From: Candidatus Bathyarchaeota archaeon
GTDB taxonomy: Archaea > Thermoproteota > Bathyarchaeia > TCS64 > B23
Direction of reading: 5' to 3'
DNA length: 36,956 nt
NCBI GenBank assembly: GCA_021161045.1
Contig: JAGHBJ010000074.1
Span: 1 to 36,956, forward strand
Below the pieces are notes generated by a model. It worked only from the letters and a program-made list of their open reading frames with translations. It made no database searches and was not told the DNA's origin. This document shows positions 17,288 to 27,056 of this stretch, piece by piece. A program made the position numbers and the translations under genes. The stretch's first letter is position 1, and each line of letters opens with the position of its first letter.

Positions 17288-18328
17288 GTGTCCAGGAGGG
17301 GTGGAGGACGTAGGGGGAGGGTAGCCCTCATATTTCTACTCATAGGCCTACTGCTCTTCGCCCTCTACCTCCTCTGGACAAATCCCTTCAAGGTTCTCCT
17401 TGAAGCCGGTAGGCTGAACCTCCCCCTCTTCCTCCTCTCCATCCTCATCAACGATACAGGCCTACTCCTCTTCGCCCTCTCATGGCATCTACTCCTCAGG
17501 GGTATAGGTGTTAGGGTCTCAGCTCTCAAATCGGTCTTAGCGACCTTCATCAGCCTCTTCGTCGTCTGGCTCATGCCTATACCAATAGGCTCCGAGCTTA
17601 TCAGGGCCTATCTCATGCGTAATGAGGAGGGGTCAGACCTAGGGAAGGCCACGGCGTCGGTGATGATCCATAAGGCGATGTACAACCTCTCCTTCGGCCT
17701 TCTAATCACCCTCGCAGCCGTCATAGAAGCGTGGAGGGGCGTGAACCTCCCAATAGAGAAGAGACTTCTCCTATTCGTCATCTTCTTCGGCGTCTCCACA
17801 AGCATCATCTTCAGCCTCCTCCTAACCCCAAGCCTCCTGAGAGGCATCTATCGACGCCTACCAAACTGGCTGAAGGTGAGGGTGGAGAGGGGTCTAAATC
17901 ATCCACGGATTGGAGCTGGGGGCTTCGAGGTTCTCATCAACGGCGTGGAAGACGCCCTCTCAACCCTCAGATCCAAGCCTCTCCTAAAACTCTCAGCCTT
18001 CCTGATGGTGGCCTTCCAGTGGAGCACTGGCTCCATAACCACGTGGCTCGTTGCCATGTCCCTGGGCTGTCGAATTGACTTCTGGATCATCGTCGTCCTA
18101 TACGCAGCCGTGGAGTTCATACAGCAGCTAAACATAGTTATCCCAGGGGGCCTAGGAATCGTCGACGCAGGTCTCACAGCCTCTCTATGTCTCCTAGGCC
18201 TACCGCTCAGCCTCTCCTCAGCCATATCGCTTCTAACTAGGCTCGTAACCTACTGGCTTGAGCTTCTTCTCTGCGCAGCCTTCTCCCTCTACTATGGCTA
18301 TAGGGAGCTCCTCGGGGAATATCTCTAA
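17288..18328 (+). CDS. UPF0104 / LPG-synthase-TM flippase-like membrane protein (AglD2-like)
   Basis: About 8 TM segments, GSELIRAY, IPGGLGIVD and LLTRLVTYW motifs. Confidence 0.85.
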   Translation: MSRRGGGRRGRVALIFLLIGLLLFALYLLWTNPFKVLLEAGRLNLPLFLLSILINDTGLLLFALSWHLLLRGIGVRVSALKSVLATFISLFVVWLMPIPIGSELIRAYLMRNEEGSDLGKATASVMIHKAMYNLSFGLLITLAAVIEAWRGVNLPIEKRLLLFVIFFGVSTSIIFSLLLTPSLLRGIYRRLPNWLKVRVERGLNHPRIGAGGFEVLINGVEDALSTLRSKPLLKLSAFLMVAFQWSTGSITTWLVAMSLGCRIDFWIIVVLYAAVEFIQQLNIVIPGGLGIVDAGLTASLCLLGLPLSLSSAISLLTRLVTYWLELLLCAAFSLYYGYRELLGEYL

Positions 18329-18367
18329 AGTAGATGTGGATCCATTATCTCGTGAGAGCTGATCCCC

Positions 18368-19357
18368 TTGAAGCTGAGGCTGGGCATCATCGGATGTGGA
18401 AGGGCCACGACGATGTTCCACCTAAAGGCTGTGGAGGAAGTTGAGGAGATCGAGGTGGTGGCCGTCGCCGACAGGGATCCCAACAGGGCGAGGGGAGTGG
18501 CGGAGGACATCGGTGCTAGATGGTATGTAAGCCATGAGGAGCTCCTCGGAGATAGAGATGTAGAGGCCGTCGCCATCAACACCCCTCCAGGCCTCCATGA
18601 GGAGATGTCCCTCGAAGCCTTGAAGGCGGGTAGGCATATCCTATGCGAGAAGCCGATGGCGAGGAGCGTTGAGGGGTGTAGGAGGATAGCGGTTGAAGCT
18701 GAGGAGAAGGGGCTTGTAGCCCACCCCTTCCATAACTATGCTCACACCCCAATCCTAGACGAGGCTCTAAGACTTCTAGGGGAGGAGGCGATAGGCGAGA
18801 TAGAATGCGTTAAGATTAGATTGATGAATAATCTCAGGGGCTATAGACCCATGACACCCTTCAGGCTTCAGGGCGACAACGCCATAATCGAGGATCTAAT
18901 CCCCCATATACTCTCCGTCGCAGGCCTGATCACGGGGTGGAACTTCCAGGTCTTAGATGTTGAGGGCTGGAGGAGGAGCTACCCCGTCGTCGACAACCTC
19001 ACCTTCCACCTCAAGGCGGATACCATCCCCCTCAAGGGGGAGGCTAGCTGGACGGCCATCATACCAAGCTTCGAGGTTCAAATAGAGGGGTCAGAAGGCT
19101 CGATGAGGATGGATTTGATGAGGAATCCATGGACACTCACCCTGAAGAGGGATGGGGAGACGAGGAGGATTGGGGGAGGAGGCCTGAGTCGATATTTCAA
19201 GCTTCTCAGGATGAGGCACCCCTCCTTCACGAGGCAGTATAGACACTTCTATAGGGTTGTTAGAGGCTTGGAGGCACCGAGGGTGACGATGGAGGCTGAG
19301 ACAGCCATAATAGCAGCCCTAAGGGAGATGGGGGAGGTGATGGAGATCCATGGGTAG
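18368..19357 (+). CDS. Gfo/Idh/MocA family NAD(P)-dependent oxidoreductase
   Basis: GIIGCG, INTPP..H, AGRHILCEKPMA and DLIPH motifs. Confidence 0.9.
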   Translation: MKLRLGIIGCGRATTMFHLKAVEEVEEIEVVAVADRDPNRARGVAEDIGARWYVSHEELLGDRDVEAVAINTPPGLHEEMSLEALKAGRHILCEKPMARSVEGCRRIAVEAEEKGLVAHPFHNYAHTPILDEALRLLGEEAIGEIECVKIRLMNNLRGYRPMTPFRLQGDNAIIEDLIPHILSVAGLITGWNFQVLDVEGWRRSYPVVDNLTFHLKADTIPLKGEASWTAIIPSFEVQIEGSEGSMRMDLMRNPWTLTLKRDGETRRIGGGGLSRYFKLLRMRHPSFTRQYRHFYRVVRGLEAPRVTMEAETAIIAALREMGEVMEIHG

Positions 19358-20249
19358 AATAGCCATCGTCAAAGTCGAGGGGGGCGACGTATACGGAGCC
19401 ATCGAGGAGGCGGTGGAGCTCCTAGATGGATTCAAAATCAGGAGGGGGGCGAGGGCCGTGATAAAGCCGAACATCTGCTATCCCAGGAATCCCTATGGGA
19501 TGGTCATCACAGACTTCAGGGTTATAGAGGCCGTCATAAGGCTGCTGCAGGATGAGACGGATGATATAGTCGTGGTGGAGAGCGACAACATCTCTGGAAC
19601 GGCGGATAGTAGAGCTGAGAAATCCGGCCTACTAGACCTATTGAGACGTCTCGACGTCGAGTTCATAAACCTAAGCAGGGATGAAGGTGAGACCCATAGG
19701 ATCGGGGAGGTTGAGATAAGGCTGCCAAAAACTGTCCTTGAGGCGGACTACTTCATAAACCTCCCAAAGATGAAGACCTGTGGGCCAACCCTCGTCACCC
19801 TATCCATAAAGAACCTCTTCGGCCTCCCCATGAGGAGGGATAAGAAGAAGCTCCACCCATATCTCAACGAGATCCTCCCCTATCTAGCGAAGGTGATTAG
19901 GCATGATCTCATCGTTCTCGACGCAATAACAGCTATGGAGGGGAATGGCCCCGTCATAGGGACGCCGAAGGAGATGGGCCTCATAATAGCCGGTAGAAAC
20001 CCCCTGGAGGTGGACGCCATCTCCACCAGCATCATGGGCATAGACCCCATGGAGGTTGAGCATCTAAGGAGGGCCTACGAGCTAGGCGTCGGAGAGATCG
20101 ATGTAGAGAAGCTCGATGTCGTGGGGGAGGATTGGAGACGCTTCATAACACCCTTTGAGCGACCCTACTCCCTCAGGGCTTCGGTGAGATCAATCAAGTC
20201 AATCCTCAAAACCTTTTCTCGGCTGATTCGGCGATCGCCGAATGGCTAA
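19350..20249 (+). CDS. DUF362 family protein
   Basis: IKPN, VVES, INLPKMKT, TLSIKNLFG, EGNGP and D.I motifs. Confidence 0.88.
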   Translation: MGRIAIVKVEGGDVYGAIEEAVELLDGFKIRRGARAVIKPNICYPRNPYGMVITDFRVIEAVIRLLQDETDDIVVVESDNISGTADSRAEKSGLLDLLRRLDVEFINLSRDEGETHRIGEVEIRLPKTVLEADYFINLPKMKTCGPTLVTLSIKNLFGLPMRRDKKKLHPYLNEILPYLAKVIRHDLIVLDAITAMEGNGPVIGTPKEMGLIIAGRNPLEVDAISTSIMGIDPMEVEHLRRAYELGVGEIDVEKLDVVGEDWRRFITPFERPYSLRASVRSIKSILKTFSRLIRRSPNG

Positions 20250-20260
20250 TCGATGCTCAA

Positions 20261-20275
20261 CGAAAACTTATAAAT
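20261..20275 (+). promoter_or_regulatory. canonical BRE + TATA box of the HMGS operon
   Basis: CGAAAAC-TTATAAAT about 40 nt upstream of the start. Confidence 0.7.
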
Positions 20276-20311
20276 AGTACATGAATATGAATCCATCAAT
20301 CATCGCCACTG

Positions 20312-21361
20312 GTGATGGTTTTGAAAACAAGCCGCCCCGTCGGCATAATAGGTTATGGGGCCTATATCCCCATGAATAGGCTCAAGGCTTCCGAGATCAG
20401 CAGGGTCTGGGGTGGATGCGCTGAGCCGATAGAGGAGAAGGCCGTAGCCTCCATCGATGAGGACGCCGTAACCATCGCGGTGGAATGCGCCCGATACGCC
20501 ATAAAACGGGCTAAGATAGATCCAAGGGAGATCGGAGCCATCTATGTCGGAACCGAGTCCAAGCCCTACGCCGTAAAGCCCTGCGGAACCATCGTCGCCG
20601 AGGCGATAGGGGCGACGCCCCACGTGACGGCCGCCGACTATGAGTTCGCCTGTAAAGCCGGAACAGAGGCCTTCCAGGCCTGTATAGGATTGGTGTCCAG
20701 CGGCATGGTGAAGTATGCCATGGCTATAGGGGCCGACACGGCTCAGGGGCGGCCCGCAGACCCCTTAGAGTATACCGTGGCCTGTGGTGGAGCCGCCCTC
20801 ATCTTCACCCTCAAATCCGAGAGGACTCTCGCCTATCTTGAAGGCTCCTACTCCTACGTCACCGACACCCCAGACTTCTGGAGGAGGGGCCTTGAGATGT
20901 ATCCGCGGCATGGGAACAGGTTCACGGGTGAGCCAGCATATTTCAGGCATATCATCGGGGCCGCAAAGGGCTTGATGGCTGAGCTGGGCTATGGCCCCGA
21001 GGATTTCAAGTATGCCGTCTTTCACCAGCCGAATGTTAAGTTCCCAGTTAAGGTGGCTAAGAGGCTTGGCTTCAGCATGGATGCCATAAAGCCTGGTCTC
21101 ATCGTCCCCTACGTCGGCAACACCTACGCCGGCTCCACGCCCATCGGCTTGGCTGCCACCCTCGATGTAGCTGAGCCGGGAGATAGAATTCTCGTCGTTT
21201 CCTACGGCTCTGGGGCTGGGAGTGACGCCTTCAGCTTCGTCGTCCAGGACGCCATAATGGAGGGCAGACCAAGAGACCTACCCGTCTCAGCCTTCATAGC
21301 TAGGAAGAGATACATAGACTACAGCCTATACTCCAGGATGAGGGGAAAGATCCACCTATGA
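20312..21361 (+). CDS. mvaS: archaeal hydroxymethylglutaryl-CoA synthase
   Basis: [23 protein letters not shown] (catalytic Cys), FHQPN, GNTY and SYGSGAGSD motifs. Confidence 0.95.
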   Translation: MMVLKTSRPVGIIGYGAYIPMNRLKASEISRVWGGCAEPIEEKAVASIDEDAVTIAVECARYAIKRAKIDPREIGAIYVGTESKPYAVKPCGTIVAEAIGATPHVTAADYEFACKAGTEAFQACIGLVSSGMVKYAMAIGADTAQGRPADPLEYTVACGGAALIFTLKSERTLAYLEGSYSYVTDTPDFWRRGLEMYPRHGNRFTGEPAYFRHIIGAAKGLMAELGYGPEDFKYAVFHQPNVKFPVKVAKRLGFSMDAIKPGLIVPYVGNTYAGSTPIGLAATLDVAEPGDRILVVSYGSGAGSDAFSFVVQDAIMEGRPRDLPVSAFIARKRYIDYSLYSRMRGKIHL

Positions 21362-22491
21362 GACCCGTATACATCGCCGGGGTGGCCCTCACCCCCATAG
21401 GGGAACACTGGGAGCTATCGCTGAGAGACCTCGCCTGCGAGGCAGCCCTAAAGGCCTTGGAGAAGGCTGAGGTGGAGCGCATAGATGCGTTATACGTCGC
21501 GAATATGGGGGCCGCGCCGCTTCAGAGTCAATTACACCTGGGAGCCTTGATGGCTGACGCCCTCGGGCTATATGGCCTCCCAGCCATGAGGGTTGAGGCA
21601 GCCCAGGCCAGCGGCGGAGTCGCCGTTCATGAAGCCAACCTCGCCGTCGCTTCAGGCCTCTACGATAGCGTCCTCGTTGTAGGCGTTGAGAAGATGAGTG
21701 ACGCCCTGCCACTTGAGGTTCGCTCAGCCCTGGCGATGGCCGAGGATCAGGAGTACACAGCCTACACCGGTGTCACAGATGTAGGCCTATGCGCCCTACT
21801 CCATAGGCTCTACATGGAGCGCTATGAGGCTAAGCCCGAGGAGGTCGCAGCCCTCGCAGCCATAAGCCATGAACACGCCGTGGGCTGCCCCCATGCTCAG
21901 TATCCCTTCAGGGTCAGCGTCGAGAAGATCCTCTCCTCCCCGATGGAGGCAGACCCGATACATATGCTTGAATGCTCCGGCATAGGCGACGGAGCGGCGG
22001 CCCTCGTCCTAACCGCAGATCGCGGCGATGTGGAGATAGCAGCCTCAACAGTCGCCGTGGATCACTTCTTCCTAACCGAGAGAAGCGACCCCCTAATCCT
22101 CGAAGCTGTGAGAACCGCGTCCAAGAGAGCTTATGAGAGGGCTGGCATCTCCCCACGGGACATAGACCTGGTGGAGCTCCACGACTCGACGACGATCATA
22201 GGTATCCTCAGCCTAGAGGACTTAGGCTTCGTCGAGAAGGGATTTGGAGCTCGCTATGTATCGGAGGGAAATGTCCGGAGAGATGGGGAACTTCCTGTCA
22301 ACACCTTTGGCGGATTAAAGGCTAGGGGCAACCCCGTGGGGGCGACGGGCGTATATCAGGTTGCGGAGATAGCACTCCAGCTCCTAGGGGAAGCGGGTCG
22401 ATGCCAGGTGGAGGATGCGGAGGTGGGTGTAGCCGAGAACCTCGGCGGAGTCGCCTCCACCGCCTCGATTACAATTCTACGGAGGCATTAG
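21358..22491 (+). CDS. thiolase-family protein (archaeal SCP2-type) with a degenerate active site
   Basis: [33 protein letters not shown] and NLGG fold motifs, but EAAQAS and GNP replace EAACAS and GHP. Confidence 0.9.
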   Translation: MRPVYIAGVALTPIGEHWELSLRDLACEAALKALEKAEVERIDALYVANMGAAPLQSQLHLGALMADALGLYGLPAMRVEAAQASGGVAVHEANLAVASGLYDSVLVVGVEKMSDALPLEVRSALAMAEDQEYTAYTGVTDVGLCALLHRLYMERYEAKPEEVAALAAISHEHAVGCPHAQYPFRVSVEKILSSPMEADPIHMLECSGIGDGAAALVLTADRGDVEIAASTVAVDHFFLTERSDPLILEAVRTASKRAYERAGISPRDIDLVELHDSTTIIGILSLEDLGFVEKGFGARYVSEGNVRRDGELPVNTFGGLKARGNPVGATGVYQVAEIALQLLGEAGRCQVEDAEVGVAENLGGVASTASITILRRH

Positions 22492-22492
22492 G

Positions 22493-22894
22493 ATGAGTGT
22501 CCCAAGGTATTGGAGGGAGATCAAATATCGCTATAGGCTGATAGGAGAGCTTTGCACCGAATGTGGCGCAATAATCTTCCCCAGGAGACGACTCTGTCCA
22601 CACTGCGGCTGTAGGGAGTTGGAGGAGTGTAAACTAAGCGAGACTGGGACGGTGCTATCCTGGACCGTTATACAGCATCCCCCTAAGGGGTATGAGAAGT
22701 ATGCCCCCTACGTCGTCGCTCTCATAAAGCTGGATGACGGCGCTCAGATCCTCTCTCAGGTCGTCGATGTGGAGCCTGAGGAGATGAGGGTTGGCCTCCG
22801 AGTTGAGGCCACCTTCAGGAGGGTTAGGGAGGACGGCTCCTCTGGCATCATCGAATACGGATATAAATTTAGGCCGATCATAGAGGAGCCTTAG
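22493..22894 (+). CDS. DUF35 Zn-ribbon / OB-fold scaffold protein
   Basis: WRE...RYRL.G, CTECG..FP.R..CPHC and I.YGYKF motifs; follows HMGS and the thiolase. Confidence 0.93.
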   Translation: MSVPRYWREIKYRYRLIGELCTECGAIIFPRRRLCPHCGCRELEECKLSETGTVLSWTVIQHPPKGYEKYAPYVVALIKLDDGAQILSQVVDVEPEEMRVGLRVEATFRRVREDGSSGIIEYGYKFRPIIEEP

Positions 22895-22951
22895 GGAGGA
22901 GCTCCTTATTCATCTTTATATGGATCAACATCAATTCGATTAGGGCTGGAT

Positions 22952-24472
22952 ATGGAGGGGAGGGAACTCCACGAGGCTATTATGGAACTCGCCAGGAGGA
23001 GAGGCTTCTTCTGGCCCTCCTTCGAGATATATGGCGGCCTCAGAGGCTTCTACACCTATGGGAACCTGGGGACGAAACTGAAGAGAAACATCGAGAAGGC
23101 TTGGAGACGCTTCTTCGTCGATCCCCACGGCTTCCTCGAACTGGACACGCCTGTTCTCAATCCCCTGAGGGTTTTCAAGGCCTCGGGGCATCTGGAGCAC
23201 TTCAAGGACGTTATGGTGGAATGCCTTAAATGCCACAGGGTCTTCAGGGCTGACCACCTCATAGAGGAGGAGGCGGGTCTCGAATACGTAGAGGCGATGG
23301 GTGAGGAGGCCATAAGGAGGCTGCTACGGGAGAAGAGGATTAGATGTCCCGAGTGCGGCGGAGACCTAGGCGAGCCACAGGAATTCCTCACCATGTTCCA
23401 AACCCAGATCGGGCCTATGAGTGGAGAGCCAGGCTTCGCCAGGCCCGAGGCCGCTCAGGGGATGTTCCTCAACTTCAAGCTCGGCTTCCACCACGCCAGA
23501 GAGCGACTCCCCTTCGCCCTCGCCCAGATCGGGAAAGTCATGAGGAATGAGATCTCGCCTCGAAGGGGATTGCTGAGGCTTAGGGAGTTCACCATCATGG
23601 AGCTGGAGCTCTTCTTCGACCCTCAGGAGGGTCAATGCCCCTGGTTTAAGGAGGTTTCAGACGAATCCGTCAAGCTCATAACTGAAGAGATGGAGGCTGA
23701 GGGCTTCAAGGAGCCGCTGGAGGTTACGCTGGGAGAGGCCGTGGAGAGAGGCTACATAAAAACCGAGTGGCAGGCCTACTTCATGGGGGTATCGAAGAGG
23801 TTCATCACATACCTCGGCGTACCCCCTGAACGGCAGCGCTTCAGGGCGCATCTGCCCGAGGAGAGGTCGCACTATTCGACTCAGACCTATGACCATGAGG
23901 TCTACCTTGAGAGCTGGGGATGGATCGAGATTGCTGGACACGCCTATAGAACCGACTATGACCTCAAAGCCCATCAGAAGGCCTCTGGAGTAGACCTTAC
24001 GGTTCGTAGGGCCGATGGATCGAGGTTTCTACCCCACGTCGTTGAGCCGAGCTTCGGCCTGGATAGACTCGTCTACGTAGCCCTTGAGGTGGCATATCGT
24101 AAGAGGGATGGGAGAACAGTCCTAGCCCTGCCTAGGTGGATCGCCCCCATACAGGTTGCTGTGATGCCCCTCGTCACGAGGGATGGCCTACCTGAGAAGG
24201 CGAGGGAGATATGGAGCCAGCTGAAGGATGCGGGATTGACGGTCGAGTATGAGGAGAAGGGGTCGATTGGGAAGCGGTATGCTCGTCAAGATGAGATTGG
24301 AACACCCATCGCCGTAACGGTTGACTATCAAACCCTTGAGGATGACACCGTAACGCTGAGGGATAGGGACAGCTGGAGGCAGGTGAGACAGGAGGCTTCA
24401 AGGCTTCCGGAGCTGTTAAGGAGCTATATAAACGGCGAGAGGGGGTTCGACGAACTCGGGAGGCCCCTCTAG
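22952..24472 (+). CDS. glyS: glycyl-tRNA synthetase (alpha2 type)
   Basis: RRGFF, SGH..HF.D, RPEAAQG, QIGK..RNEISPR, EPSFGLDR and SIGKRYARQDEIGTP motifs. Confidence 0.96.
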   Translation: MEGRELHEAIMELARRRGFFWPSFEIYGGLRGFYTYGNLGTKLKRNIEKAWRRFFVDPHGFLELDTPVLNPLRVFKASGHLEHFKDVMVECLKCHRVFRADHLIEEEAGLEYVEAMGEEAIRRLLREKRIRCPECGGDLGEPQEFLTMFQTQIGPMSGEPGFARPEAAQGMFLNFKLGFHHARERLPFALAQIGKVMRNEISPRRGLLRLREFTIMELELFFDPQEGQCPWFKEVSDESVKLITEEMEAEGFKEPLEVTLGEAVERGYIKTEWQAYFMGVSKRFITYLGVPPERQRFRAHLPEERSHYSTQTYDHEVYLESWGWIEIAGHAYRTDYDLKAHQKASGVDLTVRRADGSRFLPHVVEPSFGLDRLVYVALEVAYRKRDGRTVLALPRWIAPIQVAVMPLVTRDGLPEKAREIWSQLKDAGLTVEYEEKGSIGKRYARQDEIGTPIAVTVDYQTLEDDTVTLRDRDSWRQVRQEASRLPELLRSYINGERGFDELGRPL

Positions 24473-24648
24473 GTCTTTCCAAGTAGGAGTCTGACAGCTG
24501 AGACGTCGACCTCTAGGATTTTAGCCCCCTCCACAATCCTGGTCTCGCCGAGGACATCTCTGAGGATCACCTTATCGCCTTCTTCCCTGGCGTAGATGAC
24601 GTCTCTCATGATCTCCTCATCCTCCAGGAAGACTTTAAACTCGCACAT
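24469..24648 (-). CDS. CooT-family small Ni-binding protein
   Basis: MCE start, IMRDV, LRDVLGE and I.EVD patterns; about 59 aa. Confidence 0.8.
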   Translation of the reverse strand: MCEFKVFLEDEEIMRDVIYAREEGDKVILRDVLGETRIVEGAKILEVDVSAVRLLLGKT

Positions 24649-24744
24649 CTTGGACACCATTTTACACTCCCTAAAGGCTTGATTAGAGTCTTCCCCTTAG
24701 GGAACTCTTTTAAAACATGGGGAGAAGATGTCTAGGGTGCTTCT

Positions 24745-25230
24745 ATGGGTAGAAAGGGTCGGGAAATAGTGAAGGTTGATGTGGGGGAGCTGATAGAGCT
24801 TCTGAAGAAGGCCTACGCGGATGAGTGGATCGCCTACTATGCCTATAAGTGGATCGCGAAGATGGTTCATGGCCCTGGTTCCCCCCATATCGCCGAGTTA
24901 GCTGAGAAGATCGCGGAGGAAGAGGAGGAGCATGCTAACGAGCTTGCTGAGAGGATCCTAGAGCTTGGTGGAGATCTCCCCTATGGAATCGAGAAGCTCT
25001 ATGAGATCGCGAACTGTAAGACGGTGAAATACCCTGAAGATCTAAACGACCTTAAGGGGATATTAGAGGCCCTCGCGGAGGCCGAGGCCTGCGCCATCGA
25101 GGTATATAACAAGATATTGAATTGGTTAAGCCCCTGCTACGAGAAGGACGTCAAGACCTTCCATCTCATCGAGCACATCCTCTCCGAGGAGATAGCCCAC
25201 GAGGAGTCCTTCGAGAATCTAATAGAATAA
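24745..25230 (+). CDS. dpsL: DPS-like (DpsL) ferritin-superfamily protein
   Basis: LL..AYADEW..YY.Y, EE.EHA, RI.ELGG, AE.CAI and EEI.HE; Cys pair (IANC, EACA) consistent with the thioferritin motif. Confidence 0.85.
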   Translation: MGRKGREIVKVDVGELIELLKKAYADEWIAYYAYKWIAKMVHGPGSPHIAELAEKIAEEEEEHANELAERILELGGDLPYGIEKLYEIANCKTVKYPEDLNDLKGILEALAEAEACAIEVYNKILNWLSPCYEKDVKTFHLIEHILSEEIAHEESFENLIE

Positions 25231-25244
25231 ACAACCAGCAACTC

Positions 25245-25264
25245 TCTTTTTATTCTTTAAAAAA
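25245..25264. terminator. bidirectional T-rich terminator region between convergent dpsL and dfx
   Basis: TCTTTTTATTCTTT on + immediately followed by AAAAAA (T-tract on -). Confidence 0.45.
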
Positions 25265-25276
25265 GGAGATGTTATT

Positions 25277-25654
25277 TCACCTACTCATCCATAGACCGTG
25301 TAGATTACAGTAATCCCTAGCCTTCAAGATCTCCTCATCGGTCTTGAAGACTGCCTCGGGCTTATCACCAGGCTTGAGGAATCTCACCATCACACCCTTC
25401 TCGGTCTCAACCTCTATCCACTCTATGTAGTGATCCTCCTCCATGGGATGTGGGATGGAGCCGATCTTAACCCTCACCTCTCCCCCAACCCTCTCAACGA
25501 CGGGTAGATGCTTCTCATAGCCACTCTCCTCTCCCTTCTCCTCCATCAGCCTCATAGGCTGACCACAGCAGACGAGCTGTCCAACGCCGCTATGCATCAC
25601 CAGAACGATGTTGCCGCAGATATCGCATTTATAGATCTGTAGCTTCTCAGTCAT
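25277..25654 (-). CDS. dfx: desulfoferrodoxin (class I superoxide reductase)
   Basis: YKC..CGNIV...LVCCG centre I; EKHLP, HPM...HYIEWI and CNLHG centre II. Confidence 0.96.
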   Translation of the reverse strand: MTEKLQIYKCDICGNIVLVMHSGVGQLVCCGQPMRLMEEKGEESGYEKHLPVVERVGGEVRVKIGSIPHPMEEDHYIEWIEVETEKGVMVRFLKPGDKPEAVFKTDEEILKARDYCNLHGLWMSR

Positions 25655-25656
25655 TT

Positions 25657-26847
25657 CTACTCCTCCTTTATTCCAATCTCCTGATGCTTATTTAAGATCT
25701 CTTCAGCTAATCGATCTATTCTCTCGAGATCTCTTTCCCTAGCCTTTCCCTTGATTTCTATCGAATCTATGATCTCCGCTTGGAGGCCTGATAATGTCTC
25801 CCTCAACATCTTCAGTGTTCTCCCGCCCCAGGCGTAGGAGGTTATGAGGACGATGTATCTCAGCTTAGGTCTGAGGGCGTTGATGATGTGAGCCGCGTAT
25901 AGTATGCTTGGATGGGGGCCTCCAAGCACCGTTGGAGATGCGACCACGAGGGTTGCGGCGTCGACGAGGGCGATTGCCAACTCGCCAATGTCCGTCACCG
26001 TGAGGTTGAAGGGCTTCACCCCTATGCCCCGCTCCATCAAGGCGTCGACAAGTCGGGCAATCATCTCCCCCGTGCTTCCATGCATGGAGACGTATACGAT
26101 GACGACCTCGTTCTCCACCTCATCTGAGATCCAGTGCTCATAGGCCTTGAGTATGAAGGAGGGGTCTCTATAGATCGGGCCGTGGCTCGGAGCTATGACG
26201 TCTACCTCCAGCTCCCTGATCCTCTCCAAGTGTCTGCGTATGACGGCTCTGAAGGGCATCATGATCTCGGCGTAATATCTCTTCGCAGCCTCATAGACCT
26301 CCCCCTCGTCTCTGACTGAGAGATCGCTGGTGGCGAGGTGGGAGCCAAAGAGGTCGCAGGTGAAGAGGATTCGCTGCTCCCTCAGATAAGTCAACATGGT
26401 CTCAGGCCAGTGAACCCAGGGGGCGTGAATGAACTCCAGGGTTTTATCCCCCAGCGATAGCTGCTCCCCATCTTCAACCGTCTTGATCCTCTCCTCGGGG
26501 AGGTGGAGGAGATCCATGAGGAGCTCCCTACACCTCGGCGTTGCGACAACCGATGCCTCGGGATAGGCTTCCAGGATCTCGGGTATACCACCCGAGTGAT
26601 CCTGCTCAGCGTGATTTGCGACGACGTAGTCTATCCGTTCTATGTTCAGATCCCGAAGGGAATCGAGGAGTCTCTCAACCTTAGAGGGATCTACGGTGTC
26701 TATTAACGCCACCCGCCTGTCTCCCTGAATTAAATACGCGTTATAGCTTGTCCCATCGGGGAGGGGTATCAACTCGTCGAAGAGTCGTCTATCCCAGTCT
26801 AGAGCTCCAACCCAGTAGACTCCCTTAGCCACTTTCCGCGGAGCCAT
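25657..26847 (-). CDS. fprA: flavodiiron protein FprA (O2/NO reductase)
   Basis: GTSYNAYLI, NHAEQDHSG, HWPE, CDLFG, PSHG and flavodoxin-domain YVSMHGST motifs. Confidence 0.95.
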   Translation of the reverse strand: MAPRKVAKGVYWVGALDWDRRLFDELIPLPDGTSYNAYLIQGDRRVALIDTVDPSKVERLLDSLRDLNIERIDYVVANHAEQDHSGGIPEILEAYPEASVVATPRCRELLMDLLHLPEERIKTVEDGEQLSLGDKTLEFIHAPWVHWPETMLTYLREQRILFTCDLFGSHLATSDLSVRDEGEVYEAAKRYYAEIMMPFRAVIRRHLERIRELEVDVIAPSHGPIYRDPSFILKAYEHWISDEVENEVVIVYVSMHGSTGEMIARLVDALMERGIGVKPFNLTVTDIGELAIALVDAATLVVASPTVLGGPHPSILYAAHIINALRPKLRYIVLITSYAWGGRTLKMLRETLSGLQAEIIDSIEIKGKARERDLERIDRLAEEILNKHQEIGIKEE

Positions 26848-26849
26848 CC

Positions 26850-27011
26850 TTAATTCCCCAGCTTCTCGAAGAGATCCTTGCCGACGCCGCAGATGGGGCA
26901 GACCCAGCTCTCAGGCAGCTCCTCGAAGGGGGTTCCAGGCTCAACTCCTGAATCGGGGTCGCCAACCTCTGGGTCGTATATATATCCGCAGATAGAGCAT
27001 CTCCACTTCAT
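26850..27011 (-). CDS. rub: rubredoxin
   Basis: Not in the ORF track. Manual translation: [53 protein letters not shown]; GGTGA SD-like sequence upstream. Confidence 0.97.
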   Translation of the reverse strand: MKWRCSICGYIYDPEVGDPDSGVEPGTPFEELPESWVCPICGVGKDLFEKLGN

Positions 27012-27056
27012 ATTCATCACCATATCAATCTTTCATCGTCGATAAAAAGTTAGGGA

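Noticed and set aside
20312-22894. PhlABC-like (DAPG) acetyltransferase cluster
   Set aside because: The pattern is reversed: here HMGS keeps its catalytic residues and the thiolase-like subunit lacks its Cys; there is no PhlD
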